A DNA stretch of 34,986 nt, taken from a virus. Taxonomy: Duplodnaviria; Caudoviricetes. Below, one piece after another: positions 25,397 through 34,878 of the stretch; position 1 is the first letter of the stretch; each line of letters begins with the position of its first letter. Both the position numbers and the translations under genes were made by a program. Under the pieces are notes generated by a model that made no database searches, was not told where the DNA came from, and saw nothing but the letters and a program-made list of their open reading frames with translations. The stretch covers positions 1 to 34,986 of IMG/VR virus record IMGVR_UViG_3300020042_002920. One strand, written 5' to 3'.

Positions 25397-27058
25397 ATGG
25401 ACATTAGAACCGTTATTACACAAATGGCTGAGCAAGATCCTCAGTACGCGCAAGCTGTTGACGCAATGGAGTCTCAACTAGCTCGTAAACCTATTGTGCC
25501 AGAAGACCTTGATGAAGCAATTCAGGTTTTGGAGTTTGTGCTTCAAAACCCAGATAAGTATGAGGAAGTGCGTGCAGCCGCTATTAGAGACGGCGATATT
25601 GACGCAAAAATGTTTCCTGAACAGTTTGATCAGGTGTTTGTTGTGTCTTTGCTTATTGCTCTTTATGGTGTGCAAGACCGGTTAAAAACACAAGGCTATG
25701 CTCGTGGCGGTTTGGCTGTTGCAGCTAGACGCGTTGCAGCAGCAGGCCGTAGGGGTGATAGTCAATTAGCTCATGTTAATCCACGTGAAGCTGAGATGCT
25801 CAAGCGCATGGGCGGTTCAGGCACTATCAATCCAAACACCGGCTTGCGTGAATACAAAGATGATGGCGACTTGTTTGCTACACTTTTACCTATTGCCATT
25901 TCATTTATTGCTCCAGGCCTTGGAACAGCTATTGGCTCTGCCATGCTTGGAACAGGTGCAAGCGCTTTAGCTACCGGTATGTTGGGTAGCGCTGTTATTG
26001 GCGGCGTAAGTTCTGCTTTGACTGGCGGCGATCCTCTTAAAGGCGCTTTAATGGGCGGCTTGGGCGGCGGTCTAGGAGGCGCGGTAGGTGGCGCAGCTAG
26101 CGATGCTTTTGGTTTAGGTTTAGGTAATGTAGGTCAATCTATACTTGGCAGCGGTATAGTCGGCGCTGGATCAAGTTTGCTAACAGGTGGTGATCCTATT
26201 AAAGGAGCTCTGCAAGGCGTGGCAGGCGGAGCTCTTGGCCAATTTGCAGGTGGATCAGGTAGTCCAACTTCATTTGATAAAGGTGTTAACAGCTTTGGCA
26301 ACGCGTTGACTGCTGGTTATGATCCTAAAACAGCGGCTTTGATGGGTGTGACTTCAGGTGTTACAAACGCTTTTAAGAAACCATCTGACTATGCGGTTGA
26401 TAAACTTAAAATCGATGCTGATCCTTCTAAATCAACTACTAGGTTTGATGGCACTCAATCGCCTGACCTAAGTGTTAAGCCTGAAATTGCCATAGACAAT
26501 TTAGGAAATAAAGTATTAGGTGGTTTAAGCCTTATAAGCGCTTTACAGAAACAACCACCGGCGGCTCAAGAGGCTATTAGCAAACTATCTCCTGAACAGC
26601 AAGAATATTTTAATCGTCCTTCAGTTGCTTGGGATTGGAACAAAATGCAAGCCGATGCTAATGCGGCTAACCTGAGTCTTGGCCAATTCATGGCCTCTAA
26701 CTGGCCAAGAATTACAGGTTACGCATCTAGTACGCCAGGGGCGCAACAAGGGGCTTATAATTACCCGCAAGCGCCCGTTGGTAAAGCACGAGGCGGCGCT
26801 CTGTCAGCTGTTGCCCGGTTCGCTCAAGGCTCCGGTTCTGGTCGAGCAGACACCATTGACGCTAAACTTTCTGATGGTGAATATGTGATTGATGCAGAAA
26901 CAGTTGCAATGCTTGGAGACGGCTCTAATAAAGAAGGAGCTAAGCTTCTTGACGCTATGCGTCAAAACATTCGTTCACACAAGGGTAAAGCCTTAGCTAA
27001 AGGAAAATTCAGTCCTAATGCTAAGTCTCCCTTAGCCTATTTGAAGGAGTTTGCATAA
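25397..27058 (+). CDS. Internal virion/DNA ejection protein with Gly-rich membrane-like region
   Basis: Long GA-rich hydrophobic segment. YARGG...GDSQLAHVNPRE and KARGG...DTIDAKLSDGEYV modules. Confidence 0.7.
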   Translation: MDIRTVITQMAEQDPQYAQAVDAMESQLARKPIVPEDLDEAIQVLEFVLQNPDKYEEVRAAAIRDGDIDAKMFPEQFDQVFVVSLLIALYGVQDRLKTQGYARGGLAVAARRVAAAGRRGDSQLAHVNPREAEMLKRMGGSGTINPNTGLREYKDDGDLFATLLPIAISFIAPGLGTAIGSAMLGTGASALATGMLGSAVIGGVSSALTGGDPLKGALMGGLGGGLGGAVGGAASDAFGLGLGNVGQSILGSGIVGAGSSLLTGGDPIKGALQGVAGGALGQFAGGSGSPTSFDKGVNSFGNALTAGYDPKTAALMGVTSGVTNAFKKPSDYAVDKLKIDADPSKSTTRFDGTQSPDLSVKPEIAIDNLGNKVLGGLSLISALQKQPPAAQEAISKLSPEQQEYFNRPSVAWDWNKMQADANAANLSLGQFMASNWPRITGYASSTPGAQQGAYNYPQAPVGKARGGALSAVARFAQGSGSGRADTIDAKLSDGEYVIDAETVAMLGDGSNKEGAKLLDAMRQNIRSHKGKALAKGKFSPNAKSPLAYLKEFA

Positions 27059-28302
27059 TGGCAAGTTTATTCCAAGGGTCTCCCCAGACCGCAACATCTT
27101 ACGCCACCTCTTCCACTGAGACGCCTAAGTGGATGCAGGATGCAATTTACAACCAAATTCAGATTGCACAAAATATTGCTAACAAACCGTATGAGTCTTA
27201 TGACTTGCCTACCGTTGCCGAGCTTTCGCCGTTGCAACAGAAAGCATATAAAAATGTACAGAAAAATCAAGGTTTTTATCAAGGAGATATTGATAAAGCC
27301 CAAGCCGGTATGTACCAATTTGGCAGCAAAGGTACTGCTTCTGAGTTAGAAAGAGAACAAGAGAGATACCTTCAAGATCCTAAAAACGTGATGGGGCAGC
27401 TAAAAGCCGGTCAAGGTTATTTTGATACAGCTGGAGATACTACTGCAAACGCTATTTCTGAAAGAGCATTGGCTGCGGCAAACCCTTATCTAACAGCTGC
27501 TTCACAATCGGCAGCAGGCGGTATAGATCAGTACATGTCTCCTTATCAAACAGGGGTAATGGATGCAATTGCTAAGCAAGGCGCTCGTAATTTAAGTGAA
27601 AATCTTTTGCCAGGCGTTTCTGACTCTTTCATTAAAGCAGGTCAATTTGGCGGTACTCGCATGGGTGAGTTTGGTTCACGCGCATTGCGTGACACGCAAG
27701 AAGCTGTACTCAATCAACAAGCTCAGTTGGCTGACAAAGGCTACGGACAAGCTCTTAGCGCTGCTCAGACTGATCTTGCGCGCCAAGCACAATTGGCAAA
27801 TACTGTTGGTAGTATTTCAGGCGCCGACCTTTCTAGGGTTCTTCAAGGTGCTGGTCAATACGCTAACATTGGTCAAGCGTTAACCGGTGCAGGTCAAGCT
27901 CAACAGCAATTTGGTCTAACTGCGGCTGCTCAACAACAACAGGCTGAAGCCGCTGACTACCAGCGTCAAATGGCAGCGCTTACTCAGTATGCCAACATGC
28001 AGCAGCAAGAACAAGCTATGCGCGCAGGTGATGTTGCATCCCTTGAGGGTGCAGGTGCAGCTCAACAAAATCAAATGCAACAAAAACTTAATGCAGCTAA
28101 ATCACAATTTGAAGCTGCGCAGTTGTATCCTAAACAACAAGCAGACTTTCTCAGCACGCAAATACGCGGTATGGCTCCAATCACACCACAAACTACAACA
28201 CAGTCAGGCGGTTCAACCGGTGCTACGTATTCAGCTTCGCCCTTATCTCAGTTGGCGACCGGCTTGTATACGTACAAAGGTCTGAACGCTCTAAATCCAT
28301 AA
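27058..28302 (+). CDS. Internal virion/DNA transfer protein
   Basis: Q/A-rich. YMSPYQ and AGQFGGTR motifs, TTQS-rich ends, coupled TAATG start. Confidence 0.7.
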   Translation: MASLFQGSPQTATSYATSSTETPKWMQDAIYNQIQIAQNIANKPYESYDLPTVAELSPLQQKAYKNVQKNQGFYQGDIDKAQAGMYQFGSKGTASELEREQERYLQDPKNVMGQLKAGQGYFDTAGDTTANAISERALAAANPYLTAASQSAAGGIDQYMSPYQTGVMDAIAKQGARNLSENLLPGVSDSFIKAGQFGGTRMGEFGSRALRDTQEAVLNQQAQLADKGYGQALSAAQTDLARQAQLANTVGSISGADLSRVLQGAGQYANIGQALTGAGQAQQQFGLTAAAQQQQAEAADYQRQMAALTQYANMQQQEQAMRAGDVASLEGAGAAQQNQMQQKLNAAKSQFEAAQLYPKQQADFLSTQIRGMAPITPQTTTQSGGSTGATYSASPLSQLATGLYTYKGLNALNP

Positions 28303-28311
28303 GGAGCAGAC

Positions 28312-31300
28312 ATGGGGTTTGAACTTAATCAAATTATGAAGCAGTACGGCGTAAGCACGCCTAGTATGGCTTCATACACTGGCACACCGCCTCCTTCGGC
28401 CCCTACAGCTCCTACCGGAGAAAGACCTGCTGGTGATATTGGAGACGCTGACCTTACAGACCGTCAACAAGTTTATGATCAACAGCTGACTAACTACAAT
28501 AATTACATTGCAGACCCTGGCATATACAAAATGAGTATGGGTTTTGATGCAAGAAGTCCTGGTAGTTTTACAGCTCCGACACGCCCTTCAGGTGATCGCC
28601 CCGGTGGCACAGGTACAAGCGCTAGTGCTCAAGCAGCTTACGATAAACAACTAGCTGACTTTAATGCCTACAATGCAGACCCAAATGCTTTAAGCGAGCA
28701 AATGCGCAAATACGGTCTTGATCAGAAATCTTACGATGCGTACAAAACTAGCTATCAAGACCGGCTGCAAAACACGCCAATGTATGCGCAAAGTCAATTT
28801 CAGACACTTCCTGTCTCTTCTATTGCCCAAACAAACCAGTCAGCACCATCTGGCAATCAAAGCTTGATGGATGCTACAGGTAGTTATTACGGTAACCAGC
28901 TTAAAAACCCGACTTATGGCGCTGTGCCTATATCTACAATCAACGACACACCTCAACAAAAGTCTGACTACTATCTACAACAACGCAACATTGGTTATAC
29001 GGATGCTGACTTGCGTAATGCGACAACTTCTACTTTTGGCAAACAGGCAGAAGGAGACTGGTCGCAGCTTATGGCGGGTGCGTATCCTCAATACGACGAA
29101 GCTATTAAAGATGCTTATAAAAATATTGGTCGCAGCTGGGAGCAAGGAACAATTGATCCTATTTCCTACAATTCTTGGATGAACAATCTTATAACAGGCG
29201 CTTTCAACCCTAAAGATCTTAAAACCACATTTGCAAAAAATTTGGAGGAAGGGGCAGATTGGTTAGGCGCAAAAGAACCAGATTATTTTACTAACCAATT
29301 TGATTTTGCACGCGGCGGCTCTGTTCATAATCTTGCGGCTAAATACGCTGATGGTGGTCCGGTCGATGAACCAGTAGAAGGTGACAGGTCGCAACTACTA
29401 GCTGCCGCTTATCCTGACTATAACGCCGATTTGATTGATGCTTATAAGAGCATTGGCCGTAGCTGGGAGCAAGGAACAATTGATGCTCCTTCTTATAATT
29501 CTTGGATGAATAATCTTTCAACAGGCGCATTCAACCCGAAAGATCTTAAAACCACATTTGCAAAAAATTTGGAAGAAGGAGCAGATTGGTTAAAGAGGGA
29601 TGCAACTCCTGAGTCTTTAGCTCGTGATTATCCTCAATACAATGCCGATTTGATTGACGCTTACAAGAGCATTGGCCGTAGCTGGGAGCAAGGAACAATT
29701 GATGCTCCTTCATACAATTCTTGGATGAATAATCTTTCAACAGGAGCTTTCAACCCGCAAGATCTTAAAACTACATTTGCAAAAAATTTAGGAGAAGGAG
29801 CAGATTGGTTAAAGAGGCCTGTTGGAAGTGGCGGCAGTACCACTAAAGACAAACTAGAAAAAGCCGCAATTAATGCTGCACTATCCTATGCTCTAGGCCC
29901 AACATATGATTATGCTAATGCTGGTCGTCAGTTTATACAAGGCGATATCCCAGGTGCTATAGGCAGTGCCATCTCCGGTGCAACGGGCGGCGTATCAAAA
30001 GTTCTGAAAAAGCTTAGATTTGAGGATGGCGGCTCCGTTCACGATCTGGCTGCTAAGTACGCACATGGTGGTCCAGTTAAAACTCACTACCAAACAGCTG
30101 GCGCTGTCAGGCTACCTAGTGGTTACGGAAGCCTTGAAGAAGAAGAAGATTTTACTATGCGCACTCCTCCATCTCTTGCTATAGTTAGTCCTAATAATGA
30201 AATGCCTGATAGAGCTCAATTTGAAAGGATGCCTCCTGTAGCTTTAGAAGTGGTTCCAGAGTCTAGGCCTATATTAGCTGAGATTGCTGCTAAGAATGCA
30301 CCTGCACCGGTTGCTGTAGTTCCTGCTCCTGCTCCTGTTGCTCAGGTTGTTGTAGCTCCTAAAGCGGCTATTCCTGGCAATGAGCGCATGGCAAACTTGC
30401 AAGCAATGCTTGATGTTTATGGTCCAAAAGACAGCGCCTATGCTGCTGACCTTAAAACCGCGCGCGCAACCGCCAAAGCCGATAGCGATGCATTTGCTAG
30501 GATGCTCACTAGCACAATGAGTTCTCCTGAAGATGCTCAAAACTCTAAAGCAGAAATATATTTCCGCTTAGCAGCAGCGTTTGGCGCACCCACTAAAACT
30601 GGCCAGTTCAGCGAGAATCTTGGCATGGTTGGCAAAGAGCTAGGCGAATACGCTAAAGGCAAACGAGCTACTGCCAGAGAAAAACAACTACTTGGTCTTG
30701 AAGTTCAAAAATTAAAGATGGCTTCTTCAAAAGAAGACTTGAACACATTGCGCACTTTGGCCGGTGAAGAGATAAAAGACAAGCGAGCTATAGCTACTGA
30801 ACTGATTAAAGATTACATCAAATCAGGCGAACCTCAGTCTTCTGCTGGCAAACAAGCTCTTGATGAAGGTCTTAAACCGGGTACTCCTGCTTATCAGAAA
30901 CGTGTTGCAGAGATTGGTAATTTAAACATTGAAGGCAAGATGGCGCAAATAGCAAGCGCATTGTCAGGAGTAACCACCCAAGCTGCCAACCTTTCTGTGG
31001 CTCAATCTAGATTAGATCTGGATCGTGAAAAACTTGAACAGCAGAAAGCTCAACAAGCTAAGTTAAGCCCAGGCGAAGTTAAACTTAAAGTTGATGCTGA
31101 AGATACACTGGCTCAAACTGAGCAAGCAATGACTAATTTAAAGAAAGCTTATTCTTTAAATCCCAACACGTTTGATGGATCACTGCTTGATGTTGCTCAG
31201 CGTAAACTTTATGAGTCTGCAGGGTCTAAAGATCCTAAGGTGGTTGCTACTCGTGAGCTAGAAAATTTGCTTAAGAAAGCTTCTCTATCGCAGTTGAAAG

Positions 31301-31515
31301 CAACCTTCCCAGGCGCAATCTCTAACGATGAACGGGCCGCTCTGGATGCCGTCCAAGGTCTAGATGCTAAGAGCAAAGACGAACGTGCAGTCATTATGAA
31401 GAATGCGTTCACGGCGCTTAAATCAGTGTCTGAACGCCATCGTAGGCGCTTGCTTGAAATCAACCAAGGTGTTTATCGTGATACTGCAGCTCCAATTGAA
31501 GAGGGAGATAAGTAA
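28312..31515 (+). CDS. Large internal virion/ejection protein with internal repeats
   Basis: 1067 aa, AAGGAG RBS. Repeat-rich N-half; helical C-half containing FPGAISNDE. Confidence 0.7.
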   Translation: MGFELNQIMKQYGVSTPSMASYTGTPPPSAPTAPTGERPAGDIGDADLTDRQQVYDQQLTNYNNYIADPGIYKMSMGFDARSPGSFTAPTRPSGDRPGGTGTSASAQAAYDKQLADFNAYNADPNALSEQMRKYGLDQKSYDAYKTSYQDRLQNTPMYAQSQFQTLPVSSIAQTNQSAPSGNQSLMDATGSYYGNQLKNPTYGAVPISTINDTPQQKSDYYLQQRNIGYTDADLRNATTSTFGKQAEGDWSQLMAGAYPQYDEAIKDAYKNIGRSWEQGTIDPISYNSWMNNLITGAFNPKDLKTTFAKNLEEGADWLGAKEPDYFTNQFDFARGGSVHNLAAKYADGGPVDEPVEGDRSQLLAAAYPDYNADLIDAYKSIGRSWEQGTIDAPSYNSWMNNLSTGAFNPKDLKTTFAKNLEEGADWLKRDATPESLARDYPQYNADLIDAYKSIGRSWEQGTIDAPSYNSWMNNLSTGAFNPQDLKTTFAKNLGEGADWLKRPVGSGGSTTKDKLEKAAINAALSYALGPTYDYANAGRQFIQGDIPGAIGSAISGATGGVSKVLKKLRFEDGGSVHDLAAKYAHGGPVKTHYQTAGAVRLPSGYGSLEEEEDFTMRTPPSLAIVSPNNEMPDRAQFERMPPVALEVVPESRPILAEIAAKNAPAPVAVVPAPAPVAQVVVAPKAAIPGNERMANLQAMLDVYGPKDSAYAADLKTARATAKADSDAFARMLTSTMSSPEDAQNSKAEIYFRLAAAFGAPTKTGQFSENLGMVGKELGEYAKGKRATAREKQLLGLEVQKLKMASSKEDLNTLRTLAGEEIKDKRAIATELIKDYIKSGEPQSSAGKQALDEGLKPGTPAYQKRVAEIGNLNIEGKMAQIASALSGVTTQAANLSVAQSRLDLDREKLEQQKAQQAKLSPGEVKLKVDAEDTLAQTEQAMTNLKKAYSLNPNTFDGSLLDVAQRKLYESAGSKDPKVVATRELENLLKKASLSQLKATFPGAISNDERAALDAVQGLDAKSKDERAVIMKNAFTALKSVSERHRRRLLEINQGVYRDTAAPIEEGDK
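29083..29811 (+). repeat. Three 183-nt direct repeats (61 aa)
   Basis: Copies at 29083-29265, 29410-29592 and 29629-29811. Copies 2 and 3 are nearly identical in DNA. Confidence 0.92.
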
Positions 31516-33572
31516 TGGCTACATCTAATCCTTACGTTGGAGGGGCTCGAGCCGCTATAGGTCAAGGTCTCGGCATGGGTTGGGGTGACGAAGCAGAAGC
31601 ATGGCTTCGTTCTAAGCTTGATAAAAGCCCTGGCTATGAAGCAGAACTTGCCAAGATCAATAAAGAATATGCTCAGTATTCTCAAGAAAATCCATTTGTA
31701 GCTCCTGCCCTGGAGTTTACAGGCGGCGCTGCGCCAGCTCTAGCCGCAATGTTAGCTACTCCCGCTACAGGTGGCGCTGCCGCTCCAGCGGCTGTTGCCG
31801 CAGGTGCTCGCACAGCAGGCGCTTTGTCACGCTTAATGTCTAACCCTCTAGCTAGAGGTGCAGCAACTGGTATGGGCACTGGCGTTGTTTCAGGTGCAGG
31901 TTCTGCGCAACCTGGTGACCGCACTTCTGGTGCAGTTATTGGCGGGACTGTTGGCACTGTGTTTGGAGGCGGCGCTCCTGTGGTTATCCGTGCTGGACAA
32001 GGTGCTGCAAGATTCTTAAAAGACAGATTAAGTCGCGACCCTGATTACATTGAAAAACGGGCTGCTGCAAAAGTCAATGCAGCATTAGAACGTTCAGGAA
32101 TCACTCCAAAAGAAGCAGCAGCTTCAATGTCATTAGACAGAGCTGCAGGAATACCTTCTACACTGGCAAACGTTACTAGGCCAACCGTCGGACTTGCAGA
32201 GATTGTGACAGCTAAAAGCGAAAGAGCGGCTGACACGCTTGCCAATATACTTGAAGCCAATAAATCAGGGATTAGAGAACGTGTAGTCGGTCAGACACAA
32301 CGCGGTGTTGGAAACAAAGGCAACTTCTATCAGCAAGAACAAGACATGATTCAGAACTTGCGTGCCAATGCAAATACTCTGTATGACGAAGCTTACAAAT
32401 TTGGAACAGTCAATGACCCTGTAATTAACCGCGTATTGCAAAATCCACGGTTTAAGTCATTTTTTGATGAAGCTAAAAAAATTGCAGACAATGAAAAGCT
32501 TGCAGCAGAATTGCGTGGAGAAAACCCAGCTAAGTATGTTTTAGATGACATCTTTATTGCAGATGATGTTGGCAATATTACTTTGTCAAAACTGCCTGAT
32601 GTCCGCACTCTTGACTACATCAAGCGTGGCATGGATGCTGTGATCGATAAAGGTTACAGAGGCGAAGGTATGAGCAGCGCAGAAGCTAATAGCTTAAAAG
32701 GCTTGAAAAAATCCATGGTCTCTGCTTTGGACAAAGCCACAGAAGTTGATGGTGTTTCTGCCTATAAGACAGCTAGGGGCCAGTATGCAGGTGATGCAGA
32801 AGTCTTAGAGGCTCTGCGTACAGGTATGGCTGACTTTAAGAAGTTAGATCCTGAACAAGTCATCATGATGATGAAAGGTTTTAGTACAGCAGAAAAAGAA
32901 GCTTTTAAAACCGGCGCTATCCGCAACGTGTATGCCACTGTGATGGATCCTAGTGGCAACATTAATGCTGCTCAGCGTGTGATTGGTTCACCAGAAGCTA
33001 GAGATAGACTAAAAGCATTGTTCCCAAGTCAAGAAAAGTTTGATATGTTTGAAGCTGCTTTAAAGCGTGAAAATCAATTATTCCAGCAATCAAATAAAAT
33101 TTTGGCAGGTTCTCCTACTGCCAGAAGGCAAGCAGGCATTGAAGCTTTTGATGAAGGTGAAAGCGCAGTCAATGCTTTTGTTGGCAATTCCATAACTGGC
33201 GGTTGGGTCAATTCTTTGATGAACATGGCTGCAACTGCAGCAACAAAATCAGATATTAGTGATGAAGTTGCTGCCAAGGTTGCAAAACTTCTTTCTTCTT
33301 CTAATCCTGCAGAAGTTGCGGCGGCTGTAAAAATACTTGAACGCAGTGCAGCTAAAGGCCAACAAGCTGTTACTAAGCTTAATCGTGGTGAGACAGGAGT
33401 AATTATGGGATCAACCATAGCATCATCGCCTTCTCCTGTTGACCCTGAGGCTAAACCTCCAAGCATTGAAGCTGACATAGACAAAGAGCAAGAATCTTTT
33501 TACCCAGGCTTTCAAATGATGGGGCCTAACATTGAGGACGACATTGAAGCAGACATGAAGAAAATGAAGTAA
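31515..33572 (+). CDS. Internal virion/DNA ejection protein
   Basis: GQGLGMGWGDE, GA-rich region, LDYIKRGMD and GSPTARR motifs. Last gene of the late operon. Confidence 0.7.
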   Translation: MATSNPYVGGARAAIGQGLGMGWGDEAEAWLRSKLDKSPGYEAELAKINKEYAQYSQENPFVAPALEFTGGAAPALAAMLATPATGGAAAPAAVAAGARTAGALSRLMSNPLARGAATGMGTGVVSGAGSAQPGDRTSGAVIGGTVGTVFGGGAPVVIRAGQGAARFLKDRLSRDPDYIEKRAAAKVNAALERSGITPKEAAASMSLDRAAGIPSTLANVTRPTVGLAEIVTAKSERAADTLANILEANKSGIRERVVGQTQRGVGNKGNFYQQEQDMIQNLRANANTLYDEAYKFGTVNDPVINRVLQNPRFKSFFDEAKKIADNEKLAAELRGENPAKYVLDDIFIADDVGNITLSKLPDVRTLDYIKRGMDAVIDKGYRGEGMSSAEANSLKGLKKSMVSALDKATEVDGVSAYKTARGQYAGDAEVLEALRTGMADFKKLDPEQVIMMMKGFSTAEKEAFKTGAIRNVYATVMDPSGNINAAQRVIGSPEARDRLKALFPSQEKFDMFEAALKRENQLFQQSNKILAGSPTARRQAGIEAFDEGESAVNAFVGNSITGGWVNSLMNMAATAATKSDISDEVAAKVAKLLSSSNPAEVAAAVKILERSAAKGQQAVTKLNRGETGVIMGSTIASSPSPVDPEAKPPSIEADIDKEQESFYPGFQMMGPNIEDDIEADMKKMK

Positions 33573-33611
33573 AATTTGATCACTGCCTCTTACGAGCAGT
33601 TGCCAACTTTT

Positions 33612-33638
33612 AACCCCGCTTCGGCGGGGTTCTTTTTT
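33612..33638 (+). terminator. Rho-independent terminator of the late operon
   Basis: AACCCCGC-TTCG-GCGGGGTT followed by CTTTTTT, at the junction of convergent genes. Confidence 0.9.
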
Positions 33639-33819
33639 AAAAGTTCTCATCATAAAACTTGCGTAGCACCTCGTGCAAGTCTTGAGTCTTAAACTCCCCG
33701 CCTTGCCCACTCTCTATGTCTCCAATCCAGATAGTTCCTTGGTTAGGCACTCTGCCAGGCGCAATAAACAAGTCTTCTACTTGAACGTGCCAAGGGCAGC
33801 TTGGTTCAAACTTTTCCAT
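33637..33819 (-). CDS. Hypothetical protein (60 aa)
   Basis: AAGGA RBS upstream; last gene of the convergent - strand run. Confidence 0.7.
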   Translation of the reverse strand: MEKFEPSCPWHVQVEDLFIAPGRVPNQGTIWIGDIESGQGGEFKTQDLHEVLRKFYDENF

Positions 33820-33833
33820 GATTAATCCTTTTT

Positions 33834-33965
33834 TTAGTCATCATCGCCTCCGTTCTGTGTTGTAAATATCATCCAACCAATCATGGCGCATACAAACACA
33901 AACAAAATAGAACCTAGTGCCAATATCGCAGCCATTACAAGAATGCCGGTAATCATTTCTAACAT
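33834..33965 (-). CDS. Small single-TM protein (43 aa)
   Basis: MLEMITGILVMAAILALGSILFVFVCAMIGWMIFTTQNGGDDD*; fills the gap between neighbours. Confidence 0.6.
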   Translation of the reverse strand: MLEMITGILVMAAILALGSILFVFVCAMIGWMIFTTQNGGDDD

Positions 33966-34114
33966 GTTTTTTTCCTCTCAAACCTACTGTCTTTTAAAAA
34001 TGCTCTTAACCATTTGCCTTTGCCAAGCTTGACCCACTCTTCGTATTCGCTCTGTGTTAATTTAACGCTAACACTTCTTCCGTTTTTGGTCATCTCACGT
34101 TTTGGTTTTAGCAC
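33959..34114 (-). CDS. Small putative ribbon-helix-helix DNA-binding protein
   Basis: Basic arm, beta strand SVSVKLT, then helices EYEEW..LG..KWLR. GTG 34114 preferred over 34207. Confidence 0.55.
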   Translation of the reverse strand: MLKPKREMTKNGRSVSVKLTQSEYEEWVKLGKGKWLRAFLKDSRFERKKTC

Positions 34115-34283
34115 TTTCTTTCCCTTTGCTGTAGATAAGTATTTGTTTTTTTTCGCTAAGTTTGTCCATTGCTTTTTGGCTTGCAATCTGCCCAGCCTTA
34201 GCGCCATGAGCAGCTTGCCTCATTTTTGCGTCAAGCGTAAAAACACTAGGACCTCTCCAATCAAAAACGTTCTTTTTCTGCAT
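34095..34283 (-). CDS. Hypothetical basic protein (62 aa)
   Basis: Tiles with its neighbours in the - strand run. Confidence 0.6.
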   Translation of the reverse strand: MQKKNVFDWRGPSVFTLDAKMRQAAHGAKAGQIASQKAMDKLSEKKQILIYSKGKESAKTKT

Positions 34284-34470
34284 CTTTTCTCATCTTCACA
34301 ATTACGTCTTGAAGCCTATACTCACAACTATGCTGGTTGCCGGCAGACTCAGTTACAAATACCAACCTGCACTCGGTGCAGTACCACGCTGACCCTTGAG
34401 AAACAATAGTTTCTTTGTCCTGGTGTATCCCTTTGGTTCTCCCAAAGAAAGTTCTTATGCGTTCAAGCAT
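34261..34470 (-). CDS. Small protein with putative zinc finger
   Basis: GGAGG RBS before ATG 34470. WYCTEC...F.......HSC. Confidence 0.65.
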   Translation of the reverse strand: MLERIRTFFGRTKGIHQDKETIVSQGSAWYCTECRLVFVTESAGNQHSCEYRLQDVIVKMRKDAEKERF

Positions 34471-34663
34471 TATGTTTCCTCCATCTTCTACACAAATCTT
34501 TTGCTTCTTTGCTCTTTGGCTTTCTGTCGCACATGGCGCTGATTGATTTTTCTTTTGCCTGTACTTGTAGCTGTGCTGGTGTAAGCGGTTTTGGCGGGTC
34601 AGGGAAAAAGCCATTGAACCCCACAGTGCCTAGCACGGCACTGATAATGATTCGGTCAATCAT
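34463..34663 (-). CDS. Hypothetical protein with N-terminal hydrophobic segment
   Basis: 66 aa, AAGGA RBS, overlaps both neighbours. Confidence 0.65.
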   Translation of the reverse strand: MIDRIIISAVLGTVGFNGFFPDPPKPLTPAQLQVQAKEKSISAMCDRKPKSKEAKDLCRRWRKHNA

Positions 34664-34874
34664 GCTTGTCTTCCTTGTGCTGCGCTAGTCGCTTTTCCAG
34701 CCGCGCAATGCGCTCTTCGTTGTATTGCATGGCAGCATACGCATACTCAGCAGCAGTTTCAGCTTCAAGTTTACGTAAATGCGCCTCTTGCAATTCTGTA
34801 TAAATCACCTCAGAAATAGTCTTTGGTCTAAGAATGTCTTTTATGTATTTGACCGTTGTTTCTCTAAAGTTCAT
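34656..34874 (-). CDS. Hypothetical coiled-coil protein (72 aa)
   Basis: AAGGA RBS, helical heptads. Confidence 0.7.
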   Translation of the reverse strand: MNFRETTVKYIKDILRPKTISEVIYTELQEAHLRKLEAETAAEYAYAAMQYNEERIARLEKRLAQHKEDKHD

Positions 34875-34878
34875 AATG

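Noticed and set aside
25397-33572. Tape measure protein of a long-tailed phage
   Set aside because: No tail tube, tail chaperone, sheath or baseplate genes were recognised. The adaptor-nozzle-GNAT-large-protein order fits podovirus ejection proteins.
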